NCBI GenBank assembly: GCA_013239625.1
Contig: MU053352.1
Location: 293,485 to 357,484 of the forward strand
Reading direction: 5' to 3'
Origin: Lama guanicoe
Lineage: Eukaryota
DNA: 64,000 bases
Part shown: in pieces, positions 38,738-51,112 of the stretch
How positions within the stretch are numbered: position 1 is the stretch's first letter
Layout of the letters: each line of letters opens with the position of its first letter
Notes under the pieces: model-generated
The model's input: the letters and a program-made list of their open reading frames with translations, nothing else
Told to the model about the DNA's origin: nothing
The model's database searches: none
Translations under genes and position numbers: made by a program

Positions 38738-41700
38738 GTATTTATTTCTCTCAGATCTTTTCCTTTGTCCACTTACCACACACTGTTTAGTTCGCACTGG
38801 GAACATGAGGCTCTCAGTTCCTGCCTCAGAAGGTGGTCTCAGTATTACTGCCCATGGACATACTCAGGCCCCCAGAATTACTGATTGTGATAAGAGTTTG
38901 CTTCCTGCTTTTTCTCTGATGAGCCCCTGTTGACCGTGTGTTGAACCTTAACTGCTGGTGTGAAGTCTTTTACTTGATTTGATGACGCTCCACTACCTGT
39001 CTGGGAGGGTTAATGTGGACAGGGAGGAACCTGCCCAGGATGGGCTCTGTTCTCTGTGCAAGGGCGAGGGAGGCGTTCATTCCGGATCACCTAGACAGTT
39101 TTCAAAGCAGTTTCATTTCTGTTACCTCGTTTTGCTCCTCAAAACAGTGGTTGGGTATAGGCATCTGAGATATTGCCTTCAATTTGTTTGATTGATTGAT
39201 TAAGAAGGAGGCCTGAGAGAGAGTGCTGAGCCAAGATTTTTCTCCCCGGCCCGAGGCCAGAAATAATCCTAGGTAACTTTAGAGAGGACTGTGTGTGTCT
39301 ATTATACAGCTAAGGTTAACAGCAGAGTCATCAGAAATGCAAAAAAAAAAAAAAAAAGATACAGCAAATATGTTGAACTACGTGGACACTTTGTTGCCGT
39401 GAGACAGCATCAGATTTGACGCTCTGCTTTTGGCAGCCTGGACAGAAAAGGAAGCACAGATCGCCCCTGTGAGACGCAGGCTTGTCCCAGTTTGTCACGC
39501 TGTTCCCTCCTGCCGGGGATTCTCTGGCTCACAGGCGTGGACATCCCGTAAAGAGTAAAGCTCTGAAGATGCAGAGTGTCGCTTTGTGCATGTCTCACCC
39601 AGGGCTTAGGGCCTCGCTAGGGACGCAGTGTGGTGCCGTCACCGTCCCCGCTGAGATCTTTTCTGCTCCTGCCTTGGTGTGTGGAGTCTCAGGTATGTTG
39701 GTGTATTTTCACCCACCTCTTATCACCAGATTCACTGTGTATGTATTGAACTATGCTTTGATTTAACCGCTGAACGGGCCTTTTAAAGAGGAGAACCTGC
39801 AGGGTTATTTTCTACAAGGAAACCTGCCTTCTCGGACTTTCCCAGTTACTCTCTACCTAGAAAGCTGGTCCCCACTGGACCCAGATAAGATGAGCTATTC
39901 TGAAAACTGCCTTCAGATAAACTGCTCTGTGGCGCTCTTCTTCCTGTCCCAACACCATTCTTGTTTAATGACTTAAATTGGTAAAATGATTTTTTTGCCC
40001 TCTTCCCCAAGAGCCGTGTGGAAGGTTCTCAGTTTGATCTGGGGGAGCCTGGAAAAGGCAGTGGCTCTACCTGAATTTTAGAGCAGTGACCTAGTGCCTG
40101 ACTGTGATATATTCTTGCCTGCCGACCCCGAGAACCTTGCAGCGTGTCCCTGTGTCACACACAAGGAAGCCAGCTCAGCCATCCAGGGTCGTGGCCAGAC
40201 ATAGCCAGGCAGAAAGGAAGGTTCTAAGGAGGCGGGGCCCCATAGGAACTGAGCGCTGGGAGTGCAGGCGGGACTTGCAGCTGCTGCCCTGGATTTGAGT
40301 TAGACAGATGCCTGTGCTTCTCCCTAATAGGGCCGGCATTTCAGCTGCTTTGCCAAGGTCAAGGTCAAGCATCCACTAACTTACCATTTGCTACAGAATT
40401 GAGAAGTAGATGGCGTTTCTTGGAAGTCTAGTTGTACTGTCTCTTTAGGGGCCCTAGCTGCTAGAATTTTCACTCTGCCCCAAAGCATAGCTCCTAGTCC
40501 TGAGTGTATTAGGTTTAAATTTTCCTGATGGAAACCTAACAGATCTTTGCTGCCTTTGTTGTAAGCGTTTGCACTGTTGAGCACTGTGCAAATTGCTGTA
40601 CATAGTCTCATTTATATGAAGGTTGGATTATTCTGACTGGGGGCACCTCTAAGGTCAGTGTGCTGAAATAACGTATAAGTCTGCTGAGGAGTGAATTTGG
40701 ATCGCCACACTGAGCTGTTTAGTAAGTGACCCCAGGCTGCTACACTCTCCACTCTGTTGCTTTTCCTCCTCTGTATAAAGGTCCCATTCACAGCACTCCC
40801 AAGTTAGCATGGGATTCCAGGCTCTTGAGATTTTTTTTCTTTTTTAAACAGTCATTATGTCTGCTGTGGTTCAATTAGGTAAAATGAGAACATGGTTGGC
40901 TATTTAAAAGGACCTTCATGTGAACCAAGATGCTGTTCTCTATTTCTTGATTGTAGGAAGGCAGACCCGGGAGAAGCGGGCGTCAGGGAGCAGTGATGGG
41001 TGTCAGTCTAGAGGCCATTTCACGAGGAAAGAGTGTCCCTCTGACTGGTACCTCTTCCTTGCTGCTGTTCTGAGTTTTAACCTGCCCGTTTCACTATAAT
41101 TTTTTGTTCAGTTATTTTATAAAACTAACATTACCAAAAAAAATTCTTTTTGAGAGCTCCTTGTAACTGGATTTGATAGGGAAGGTTGTATAAGGAAGAT
41201 GGAATGGGTTCCAGGAAAAATACAAATATTAGTTCCCACTAATTACTGTGGGACTTAGTTACTATAGTAACAGTCTCCATTAAGGCTTATTTGGGAATTC
41301 TCTGAAATAGGAGGGTCACCAGAAATTGGAAGAGCAGTGAGGAAATACATTTTGGTGCAGAGGTGAAAGCAGTCAGGGAGAGAGAAGCTACCTTATATAA
41401 TTTTTGGAACTAGATAGTTTCAATTATTTAGGATAACTAAAGTCTAAACAATCTTTTAAAGGCTTCTTTTTCTGTTATGTGAATAAGTTAAGCATTGTAA
41501 GTAGATAGAATGAATCTCTCAATAAAGCCCTCATGCCTTATATGCATCCAGATTCTTGGCATTTATTGATTGGTTTTTATAATTTGGAATGAATATTTAC
41601 TGTTTTGTATTATCTATTGATGTCATTATCCTCCTATAAGTTATATTTTGGGGAGTGGAAAATTGAAAATCAGCCAGTACCACACCTATTTAATAGGTAG

Positions 41701-41744
41701 CAAAGAAGTCTAGACACTTGGGGAACTGAAGTTTTTCATTTAAA

Positions 41745-43556
41745 AAAAATTAAGATCTAACTTAAGTATAGTAAAATTCACCTTTTTTATGTACAGTTCT
41801 GTGAGTTTTGGCTAACACATGGAGTTATGTAATCACAACTGTACCATCCAACTCAAGAAACAGAACGTCACCATCACCCCAGCAATTTCTTGCCGCTCCT
41901 TTTACAGTCGGTCCCTTATGCCACAAGCCCTTGGCAACCACTGATCTATTTTCTGTCCCTATCATTTTGACTTTTCTAGAGTGTCAAATAAACGTAATTA
42001 TTCAGGGGGAGTTTTTGAACCTGACTTTGCTCGTTTAGTGTAGTGTGTTTGAGGTTCATCCACGGTGCTCTGTGTTTCGTCCTGTGTGTATGAAATGTAT
42101 CCTTTTGTCTGGTTGTGCCACGATTTATTTGTTTCCCATTTGAGGGAAATTTGCATTGTTCTCAGTTTTGGTAATTATGACTAAAGCTGCTGTGAACACT
42201 TCTGTACCAGTTTTTGTATAAATTTGAGTTGTCATTGCACCTGAGCACATACCTAGGCGTGGGCCCACTGGGCCATTTGGGAAATGTATGTTTAATTTTG
42301 CGAGAAACTACCAAACTGTTTTCTGGAGTGGTTGTACCATTTTCTGTTCCCATCAGCAGTATAAGAGTTCCAGCCGAGGGCTTGAATACTTCCTCGTTAT
42401 TTGTTGACTTAACCTGTTGTTTGGAAAGCTAGATGGCTGGCAGTCAGTACCAGCTAAGGTGATGAAGGTTTGTGGGGTTGTAGGCAGCCCATGTGCACCT
42501 CCACGGGAGGGCGTCCTTTCATAAGGCGTCACAGCACTGCTTACCCATCACACATCTTTCCAAGGACGGGGTGTAGGACAAACCAAAACTTACATCATAC
42601 TTAGTTTTTCTCATATGACTAGGGTTTGGGGGAGGAAAATCACCCAGGTAAAGTGCATTTTCAACCCATCATCAAGGGCACGGACTGTAAACATGACGTA
42701 GTGTTTGTCAGGTTTCTCCCTGTAAAGCTACTTCTCTCCTCTGGCTCCATACTGTCCTCTTTGGAAGAAAGTCACTAGGTATGGACTACACTCAAGAAAT
42801 GTTCTGTCTGCCTATTTTTAAATTAGTTTTTTGTGTGTATGTCTTTTTATTGTTAAGTTCTATATGTATCCTAAGTGCAAATCCCTTGTCAGATAGATGA
42901 TTTGCACATAGGTTCTCCCTGTCAGTGGTTTGTCTTTTCACTTCTTGGTGTTGTCCTATGAAGCACAAACATTGTAGTTTTTTTTTTTAATTGGTACATT
43001 TAACATTTAAAAAAAACGGAGGTATCGCTGATTTACAATATTATTTCAGTTTCAGGTATAAAAAGTTCTTAGTTTCGATGGAGTCCAACTTACCAGTCTT
43101 TTATCACTTTTGCTTTTGATTTCTTAGCCAAGAAATCATTAGCTAACTCAAGTTCATGAAGATTTACTCTTGTGTTTTTGTCTGTTTTATTGTTTCACCT
43201 CTTGCATTTAAGTTTGTGATCAACTCTGAGTTGATTATTTTGTGTGATGTGAGTTGGGAGAATAAAAATTTATTCTTTTGCATCTGGATATCCACTTTTC
43301 CCAGGACCATTTGTTGGAAAGGTATTTTTCCTTGTTCCTTTGTCAAAATCAGTTGACTGACTTTGAATGTTAAGAGTTTATTTCTGGGCTGTGGGTCCTG
43401 TTCCATTGATCTGTACATCTCTCTGGTGATTGCTGTGGCTCTGTAGTAAGTTTTGAAGTCAGGAAGTGTGTCTGCCACCTTCTTCAAGGTTGTTGTGGCT
43501 GTTGTGTTTTGCATTTTCATATGAGTTTTAGGATGTTTGTCAATTTCTGCAAACAT
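41745..43556 (-). mobile_element. Old L1 fragments (3' UTR and ORF2), antisense
   Basis: ORF 43164..43556 TLPDFKTYYRATAITR...FQQMVLGKVDI is decayed L1 ORF2; L1M 3' UTR at 41750-42370. Confidence 0.85.
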
Positions 43557-45975
43557 AAGTCATCACAGAACTACAGATCCATTCAGCTGAGGTCATGGAA
43601 CACCTGTGTTTCTTAAATGGGCACATAGCTCCAGCATGTCTAATACTTCTAACACCTTCACTAATCTGGTTCTTCATTCAGCTAACACCTATTATATATC
43701 TGCCAGGGGCCAAGGTCACTGTCGGATCCTAAGTACACAGCGATCAGTAAGATCTGGTTTCTGTCCTCAGATACCTCCAATCTCATGAAGCTGATAAATT
43801 ACACACGTAGTCGAGGGACAGCATTACCGAGGTTTAGATAGAGATGCCGTGCAAGGGCGTGAAGGTCCGGCGGAGTGGTTCGCACCGGGCATGGACTCTG
43901 TGCGGCACTTCTGAGAGCTTTATGTGCGTGAATTCACCTCATCTTTACAAGTCCTGTGATGCAGTCACCGTTTTTCTCCCCAAGATACAGATAAGGATCC
44001 AGCCTTTTGAAAACTTTCTAATAAATATAAAATTATCTCAAAGGCTCCTTTAAAGTTCTTGGAGATTTCGGAATATGATTCAAACGAAGTCAAAAGAGTG
44101 GGCAGAGTATCGTTTTGTTTTCAAGCGGTACACACGCCACCCCCGCCCCTTCTGCCACCCCGCCCAGGATTGGCTGCCCCATCCCCACGACTATGCAGAG
44201 TGGACAACAGGCCTCCTTAGGAAGAGGGGGCGGGGGCTCTGGGGGTGAGTCTTACCCAGTAAGCAGTTTGAGGATGAAGAGTTTGAGAGTGTCCTTGCAC
44301 AGTTGTGATGAGGGATGGGACCCAGGTGGTGCTGAAACAGAGGGACAGCCGCAGGACAGACACAAGCGGCTTCATGAGTGCTGCGGCATCAAGCGGGAGA
44401 CAGAGTGAAACCATGTGCAGTGTTTGTGCTTAGAAATCCATGAATAGGGTATAGAATTGTCTGCTGTGATGTGGGCCATTAGGATTTCAGGGCCACCTTT
44501 TGTCAGTGACTGATAGCTGTGCACACTCATAGAATCCAGCATGTATTTATCCACCTAGTATTTGCTGACTCCAGATATTTTTAAGTGCTGTGTCCTAGCC
44601 TAGTTATTAAGTTTATCCCTATAACTATCCTCAGATCCAGTAAAGTAGGAATCAGCCAGAGCAGAGCAGAGGAAAGACACTTTTCCTTTAACTGGCAGGC
44701 ACTGTACCAGGTGGTGGTTTACAGGTGTTTTCCAATTGAATCCTCAGAATGGCACCGAGGTAAGTGGACTTCCCACCTTTAACGAAGAAGACTCAGAGGT
44801 AAGTGGTATCACAGAGCCCAGCTGGCTTGCCTTCAGTCACTGCGCTTTCTCTCAGAACTGCTACTCTCAGCGCCAACTGAGGAAGCCCTAGGGAGACATG
44901 ACTAACAGTTGCTGACTTTACCTAACTGTGCTCACTTATGAACTCCACGGATACTTACCGAGTGCTGTCAGGTGTCAGGCATTATGCTAGACACAAGGGA
45001 AGAGGAGAGACCAGAACAAGCATGACCCTGACCCCGTGGAGTTTCTGTTCTGGTGGGAGCTAGATCTTTAGATCGACAGGCACTTCGCTGTATGCGTTCA
45101 GGACAGGTGTCCTGTTGCATACGTGCATCCATACATAATTACATAGCTTTGGGTTTGTTTTCTATAAAGGGAGTGGGATGAAACTTTCGTGTACGTGGAG
45201 TAGCAAGTTGAGTTCTTTATACCACATCCTGTACGTAGAAGTTCAGAGAAATCTGTGCAGTAAAACTCCTTTATGAGTTGTGTTTACACTCTGCTTAGAA
45301 AGGTTTCTTTGTTTGTTTTTTAAAGTTCCATAATGGAAAATTTCACATTTATTCAGAAGTGGAAAGGAGAGGTTACTAAACCCCCATGTACCTGTCACTG
45401 ACCTTCAGTAATTACCAACTGGTGACCAATCTCGTAGAGAGGCAATTACTGCAGGTAATTGGGCTCAAGACTGATGTCCAGCTTAACAGATTAATCTCTC
45501 TTACGTAAGTTTCTATGTATAACTGTTCTCTTTCAACGAGATAATTTTACCTATTACTTATTTATTCAGGTATTAAGAAGATGATCATTTAGTAATAATA
45601 TAAGCTGTTTTATTGTGAGTCTGCTTTACTAACGCGTTAGGGTGGAAGCCTCCTAAGACTCTGAATTAGGCATATATCTCCCCGTTATATTCATTTGTCC
45701 AGCTCAGTAAGTGCATTTACATAACATTTCATAAGAAGTTTGTTCAGAATAACCTGCTTCTTCCAGGTACTCTTGTCCCTCTGTCATGTTTCGCAGAGAA
45801 AACAAAAACCAGTGGTATTTTAACACTCACTTTGCGCTTCTCTTTTTGAGTCAGGCCTCTTGCTGCCGTTGGCGGCATGATTAGATTTATGAAGGTAGAG
45901 CGGATGTTTGGGTTTTTTTGTTTGTTTGTTTTTTTAATGATTACATACTGACTTGGATTTATTTCCCTTGTGCAG

Positions 45976-48900
45976 AAGGAAATGTACAAGTTACAACTGA
46001 AACTCTGCTAAAATCTGCTGAGGAAGCCCAAGGGATGAAGGTCAGTGGGACTGAGACGGATGATTACGAACAACGAGAGGACGGCCACGTGAGCGAAGGG
46101 CTCCCACCTGGGCGCAGCAGACACCTGGAAGTAGACAGAGTCATGACCGGTGACAGAGTTTCAGAACCCAGCACGCTAGCTTCCCTAGAGCCTTTGAACT
46201 TTGTGGGCCCTGGATCAACAGAAGCAACTCCTGAAGAAACAGAATGTGAAGCATTAAAAGCCTGTCCTCTTTGGTCGCCGTCATTACCAGGGAACAGTGC
46301 CATTTCCCAAGTGGATGGTGGGAAGGAAGAGTTGTGTAAATTGGACCTTACCTGTGAAGCAGATGACAATCAGCAGCGGATTCTTGGCCACCATAATGAG
46401 AGACACAGTTCCCCACGTGGCAGCCCTAAAGCCACGAGGAATGTGGTTGTGGTAGAAGAAAATTCTGTTTCAGAAGAAGATTCTGAAGTTTCACATCTCA
46501 CATCAAGTTTGTCTGGTCCAGAATCCAGAACAGCATCCTTAGCAAAGTGCGATTTTGAAGGTGACAGCTTGCTGAAGGGATCTGTTGAAAAGACAGACAG
46601 TTCCTGTTTGGATGGGGACGATCAAAGTGTGAACTTGGCTTCCAGAGAAGAAAATGAACAGCTTTCGAGCCCCAGGAGTGAAAGAGGGGAACCCTTTCCT
46701 GTTAGTGCCACGCAGCCAGAAGAGGATGCTAGTAGTCATCGTTCTGGGAAAAACCAGACCGCTGACGTCCCCAAAGAAAACACCCGTGCTAACTGCTGCC
46801 CTCGAGGCAGTGTCCACACAGACAGCCCTAGTTCTTCAGTGCCCAGTTCTTTAACCGAAGCCAGGGAATTAATGTTTGAAAAAAATGATTTGAAAATCAC
46901 TGTAGACATTCAAGGTAGCTTGGCAAACCGTGAGGACCATAGGGTAACTTTTCCTGATATGAGCCGTCTGGGTGCGCACTCTTCCTCTGTGATGCTGACG
47001 GAAGGGCCAGAACAGACAGCCACTGTCGGGCCCAGTGTGTCAAGTGAGAAGAGTCACAGTGAAGACTCCTTAGACAGCACCCACAGAAATCTGGATGGCA
47101 ACACCCAGTTAGATGAAGCATCACATAATGAATTTCCAACTGAAAGAGAATCCCTCGTGAGTTTAACGCCAGAGGACCAGTTAAATTCCATAAATGACGT
47201 ATCCAAACCCAAGAAAGATCTTGCTCCGTTACCACCATCCCCAGAGTTCCAGGACAGACCTGAGTCAGAAGAAGCCACACACAACTCCCAGGATGGTGGT
47301 CCACACATAGATGAACAGAGCACTGCCTGGGAGACAAATGAACTTTCTTGCACCAATGAACTGGCCGTAAACAAATTAGGAAGTGAATGTGTTTTAAATC
47401 AAGTGTCCCTTAATTCTCAAAACCACGCAAAGTTGCCAACTGACAAAGAGGTGCCTGTAGCAGCGAGCGAGGGGGTTTCCCAACAGAACCAACACCCTCC
47501 GTTAGAGGCTGGAGCAGATGTCCTTGCTGGTACTCAGACCCCTCCCCTGAAGACAGGAACAGAAGACATCTCTCCACCAGGTGACAAAACCTGTGGTGCC
47601 TCTTCAAACAGTCCCACCTTAAACAGCAGACCAGGGAGCCTAGAAAGAAAAGCCGAAATGGCTGCTCCAGGAGCAGAAGATGCACATTCCAGGCTCCCCT
47701 CAAACAAGGAAGAAGCAGCAGACTTGCCTCAAGAGGCCTCTGCCATGGAATGTCAAAGTGTCCAACTGCAGGACCTCTCGAGCCGCCCTTGTGTGAGAAG
47801 GAACGCACCGGAGGAGAGCACGTGTCCCAACCGTGCTGCCTTGGAGCCCAGCAAAACCCTCCTGGGAGCTGAACACCCTCCAGTAACCAAGTACAAAAAT
47901 GCATTTCAGCACAGCGACTGCTGCCCCCAAGGGAGAGAAGGCTCCGTGGAAAGTAGCGCCCATAAAGTGAGTGGTACATCAGAGAGTGAACCTGATGGGA
48001 GAGGAACTAAAGGCAGCCTTCCAGGAGGCGAGGCCAGAAATGAGACGCCGGCAGGCACATCAGGTAGTGAAGCTTCACACAAAACCGCTCACACTGCGCT
48101 GCACAGCCGACCCACCGGGGAGGGGCTGGAGAGAGGAGAACAGGATGTGCCCAAGGAGACCGTGTGTCACAAAGGTGACATCTCTGATTGTGCCGTACAG
48201 GAGCGAAACCAGCCTACAGATACTCCAAGCCCTGAGAGATTGCTGGACCAGTTTCCTTCTGTTCTGTCCTCTGGTGTTAAAAGCATGAACCAAGCTCCTG
48301 AAACTCTTGAGCAGAAGGCCGATGAGGCCCTCAGCTGCCAGAGTAACCTGGATAGACCAGACAAATGCAGAAATGAAGATAACTCAGCCAAGGAGATGCC
48401 GGGAGGTGACCAGAGAGAGACAGGCACAGAGCCCAGCAGAGCGGGAAGCCAGGGCCGGGAGGGTCTCCTGATCAGTGCAGGCAATAACAGCTCACGGCCT
48501 GGTGGACGTCCAAAGGAAGGGACCTTCAGAAGGGTTTCTGGTTGTGAGGAGTCCGCAGACGGCATGGTAGACTTCGTCCACGCAGGCTGCAGGAAGAAGC
48601 CCACAGAAAGCGTTCCAGACGAAAGGGCACCGAGTACACTTGATGGTGGTGCAGGTCAGTTTGGGCCAATGTTACGTGAAGCCCCACGGAGTACGCTGTC
48701 CCAGAGAGGGGAGCCCAGCCTTGCATTCCTGGGAGAGATGGACCCGAATTCGGATTTCCAAGATGCTGCTTCCCCTGCGGTGGAATCTCTCGAAATGAAA
48801 AAATCATGTGAAGACAAAGTACGGGGAGCATCAGAATACTGTGAAATGGAAGTGTGTCCAGACTCTCGGGCCCGTGAGGTAGAGTTTGCTGCAGATCATG

Positions 48901-51112
48901 AGCCAAATGTTAGAAGATTGGGTAGGGAAAGTGTGTCTTTAAATTACATTCACCATGAACAGAAACCTCAAGAAGCATCTCTGGGAGGAGCACAAGGAAT
49001 GATGGAGCGATCAAGACAAGAAATAAAGTCTGAGTTTGACAAGGAAGACCTCTGTGGAATTTGCTCAGAGGAGCTGGTATCTTTTGGACACCGAGGTGAG
49101 AACTCTGTTCCCCCAGAAAACCTGAAGTCCATTGAGATAACGCCTTTGTGCCTGTCGTCCCAAGAAAAATCAGAAACTGATATTAACAGTGGAACATCAG
49201 ACCTGAAAAGCCTTTTTAAGCCAAAAGATGGTGAAGTGCCCTGTGAAGACGTGGAGGTCCTGCCTGAGGTGGAGGAGGGGGCCCCAGGGGGTAAGAAGGA
49301 TCCTGGTGCAGGAGACAGCATGGCCGTTGGCATGAGGAGCCCGCCTTTAACAGCGGAGACCGAGCCTGCAGCGAGCGGGAAGGACACCGGAGACCAGGGC
49401 CGGCCGCGGGGCCCTGTGGCTGCCGAGGAGGAATCTGAAGAGATACGTGTCCAACAAGGGGGTCCCGGGGAGATCACGAGTGAGACTTCTCAAGTGCACC
49501 TCAGCCCCCAGGGGGATCCCAGTGATGCAGAAGAGCGACACGGCAGGGAGGAAGAGGGCCAGATGCAGCCAGAAGCAGGTACCACATGGGCGCAACACAC
49601 AGCCCCTTCTCTGTTGTCAGATGAGCTGCGAAGGGAGAGTCGTCTTCGGGGCTGTGGAGATGAGCCCTTCACTGTGGGAGAAGTCACCCCGGCAGAGCCG
49701 GCCACAGGCAGCACTGCTGTGGGGGTTCAGGAGCCCAGAGACCCAAATGGAAGCTGGTGCCATCCATTAAGAGAGGACCCCACGCCATGTGCAGGCCCCA
49801 GCCTCCAGGGAGCCCCCCGGGGAGCGCCAGGCCCCAGGCCCACCGGGCGCGGGGACCTCGGCGGTGCCTTTGGGAACACTTCACACCGGAGAGGGGTGCT
49901 TCCCCTAAAGAAGCAGCCCCCCCGAACGTGTAAGAAGGTTTCCTGTCAGGAGCAAGTCAACATGGGGAGGAAAATGAGTAAAATCAGAAGTTCTGCCTTT
50001 TTCAAGAGCTCCCCTGAAACCATCCCCACGAAAGCACACAGGTTTCTCAGCTCGCGCGCCGTGGCCGCAGCCCCGCTACCGGAACCCAAGACAGCTCCGG
50101 CCTGGAGCCCCGGGAGCCTCAGAAGCCCCGCACCAAAGCAGCCGGCACCCCCGGGCCGCCTCTCGGGGAGCCTGAATGTTCAGAAGCCTACCAAAGAGTC
50201 AGCCTTACTCAGCAAGCTGTCCAGCCTGGCCTCCAGACTGGCCCCGGCCGCACAGGCCTGGGAGCTGGGGCGTCGGTGCTCCTCGGAGCTTCTCCCGGTG
50301 GCCGGAAGCCACAAGCGGCTCAGATACCGCCAGCTCCTGGATGGGTTTTCACGCAGCACCGCGCAGCTGAATCCATGTATGGCAGCCAGCCGTTGGGACA
50401 AGAGGCCCACTAGTAAACCCCTGACACTTTGTTCGCTCGAAGCCATCAAAATGAGCTTCATGGATCTGGGCACCAAGATGCCATCACTGCTGTTTGGTTC
50501 CGAAGTCTTCCCGGTCTCCTTCCACGTGAAGTCGGGCTCCGAGCGCGGGACTGAGTCCCCAAGGATTTTTCCCGAGCACTGTGCACCCACGAGGCTCGCC
50601 TTAGGAGAGGCCGCCCAGTGTCCATCTCTGCCGCCCAAGTGGACCTTCTCTTTCTTCCTGGCCCATGGTTGCCCTGGGGTGGCCACATTCAGGGAAGACG
50701 CTGGTGTCCGGGGTCAGGCAGGCACCCGGCCTCCCCCACAGCCTCCAGTTCCTCTCCAGGACCGTGGAGCCGCCGCCATAGTCCAGACCAGAGCCAGCTG
50801 CTCCGTCCTTGGCCTTCACACACTCCTAGCACTTTGTTCCCCAGGATGTTACCGAATTTGGACGAAAAAACGGAGCTTCTCCAGTCACATGCCCACCATG
50901 CAGAGGCTCTTCTTGACCCAGTTTACACAGGGCTTGAAAGGGTTAAGGTCTCCAGCCTCCCCGGCAGACGAGGCCTTCTGTTCTCTGCCCTTCTCGGTGG
51001 GCCGAGTGCTGTCCATTTGGAGCCAGCATGGGCCTTCTGCCTGCCCCTTGGAAGTCTCCGCTCTTCATTCCTCTCCCAGCAAGCAGCAGCCAACTCTGGG
51101 CACCCCAAGCAG
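45976..51112 (+). CDS. PRR14L: PRR14L exon 4 (5137 nt giant exon)
   Basis: ttgtgcag acceptor, uninterrupted ORF 45918..51116, AG|gtaaac donor; phases match exons 3 and 5. Confidence 0.96.

Noticed and set aside
45918..45975. N-terminus of the 1732-aa ORF (MFVCFFND...)
   Set aside because: This is the intronic polypyrimidine tract; the exon begins at 45976
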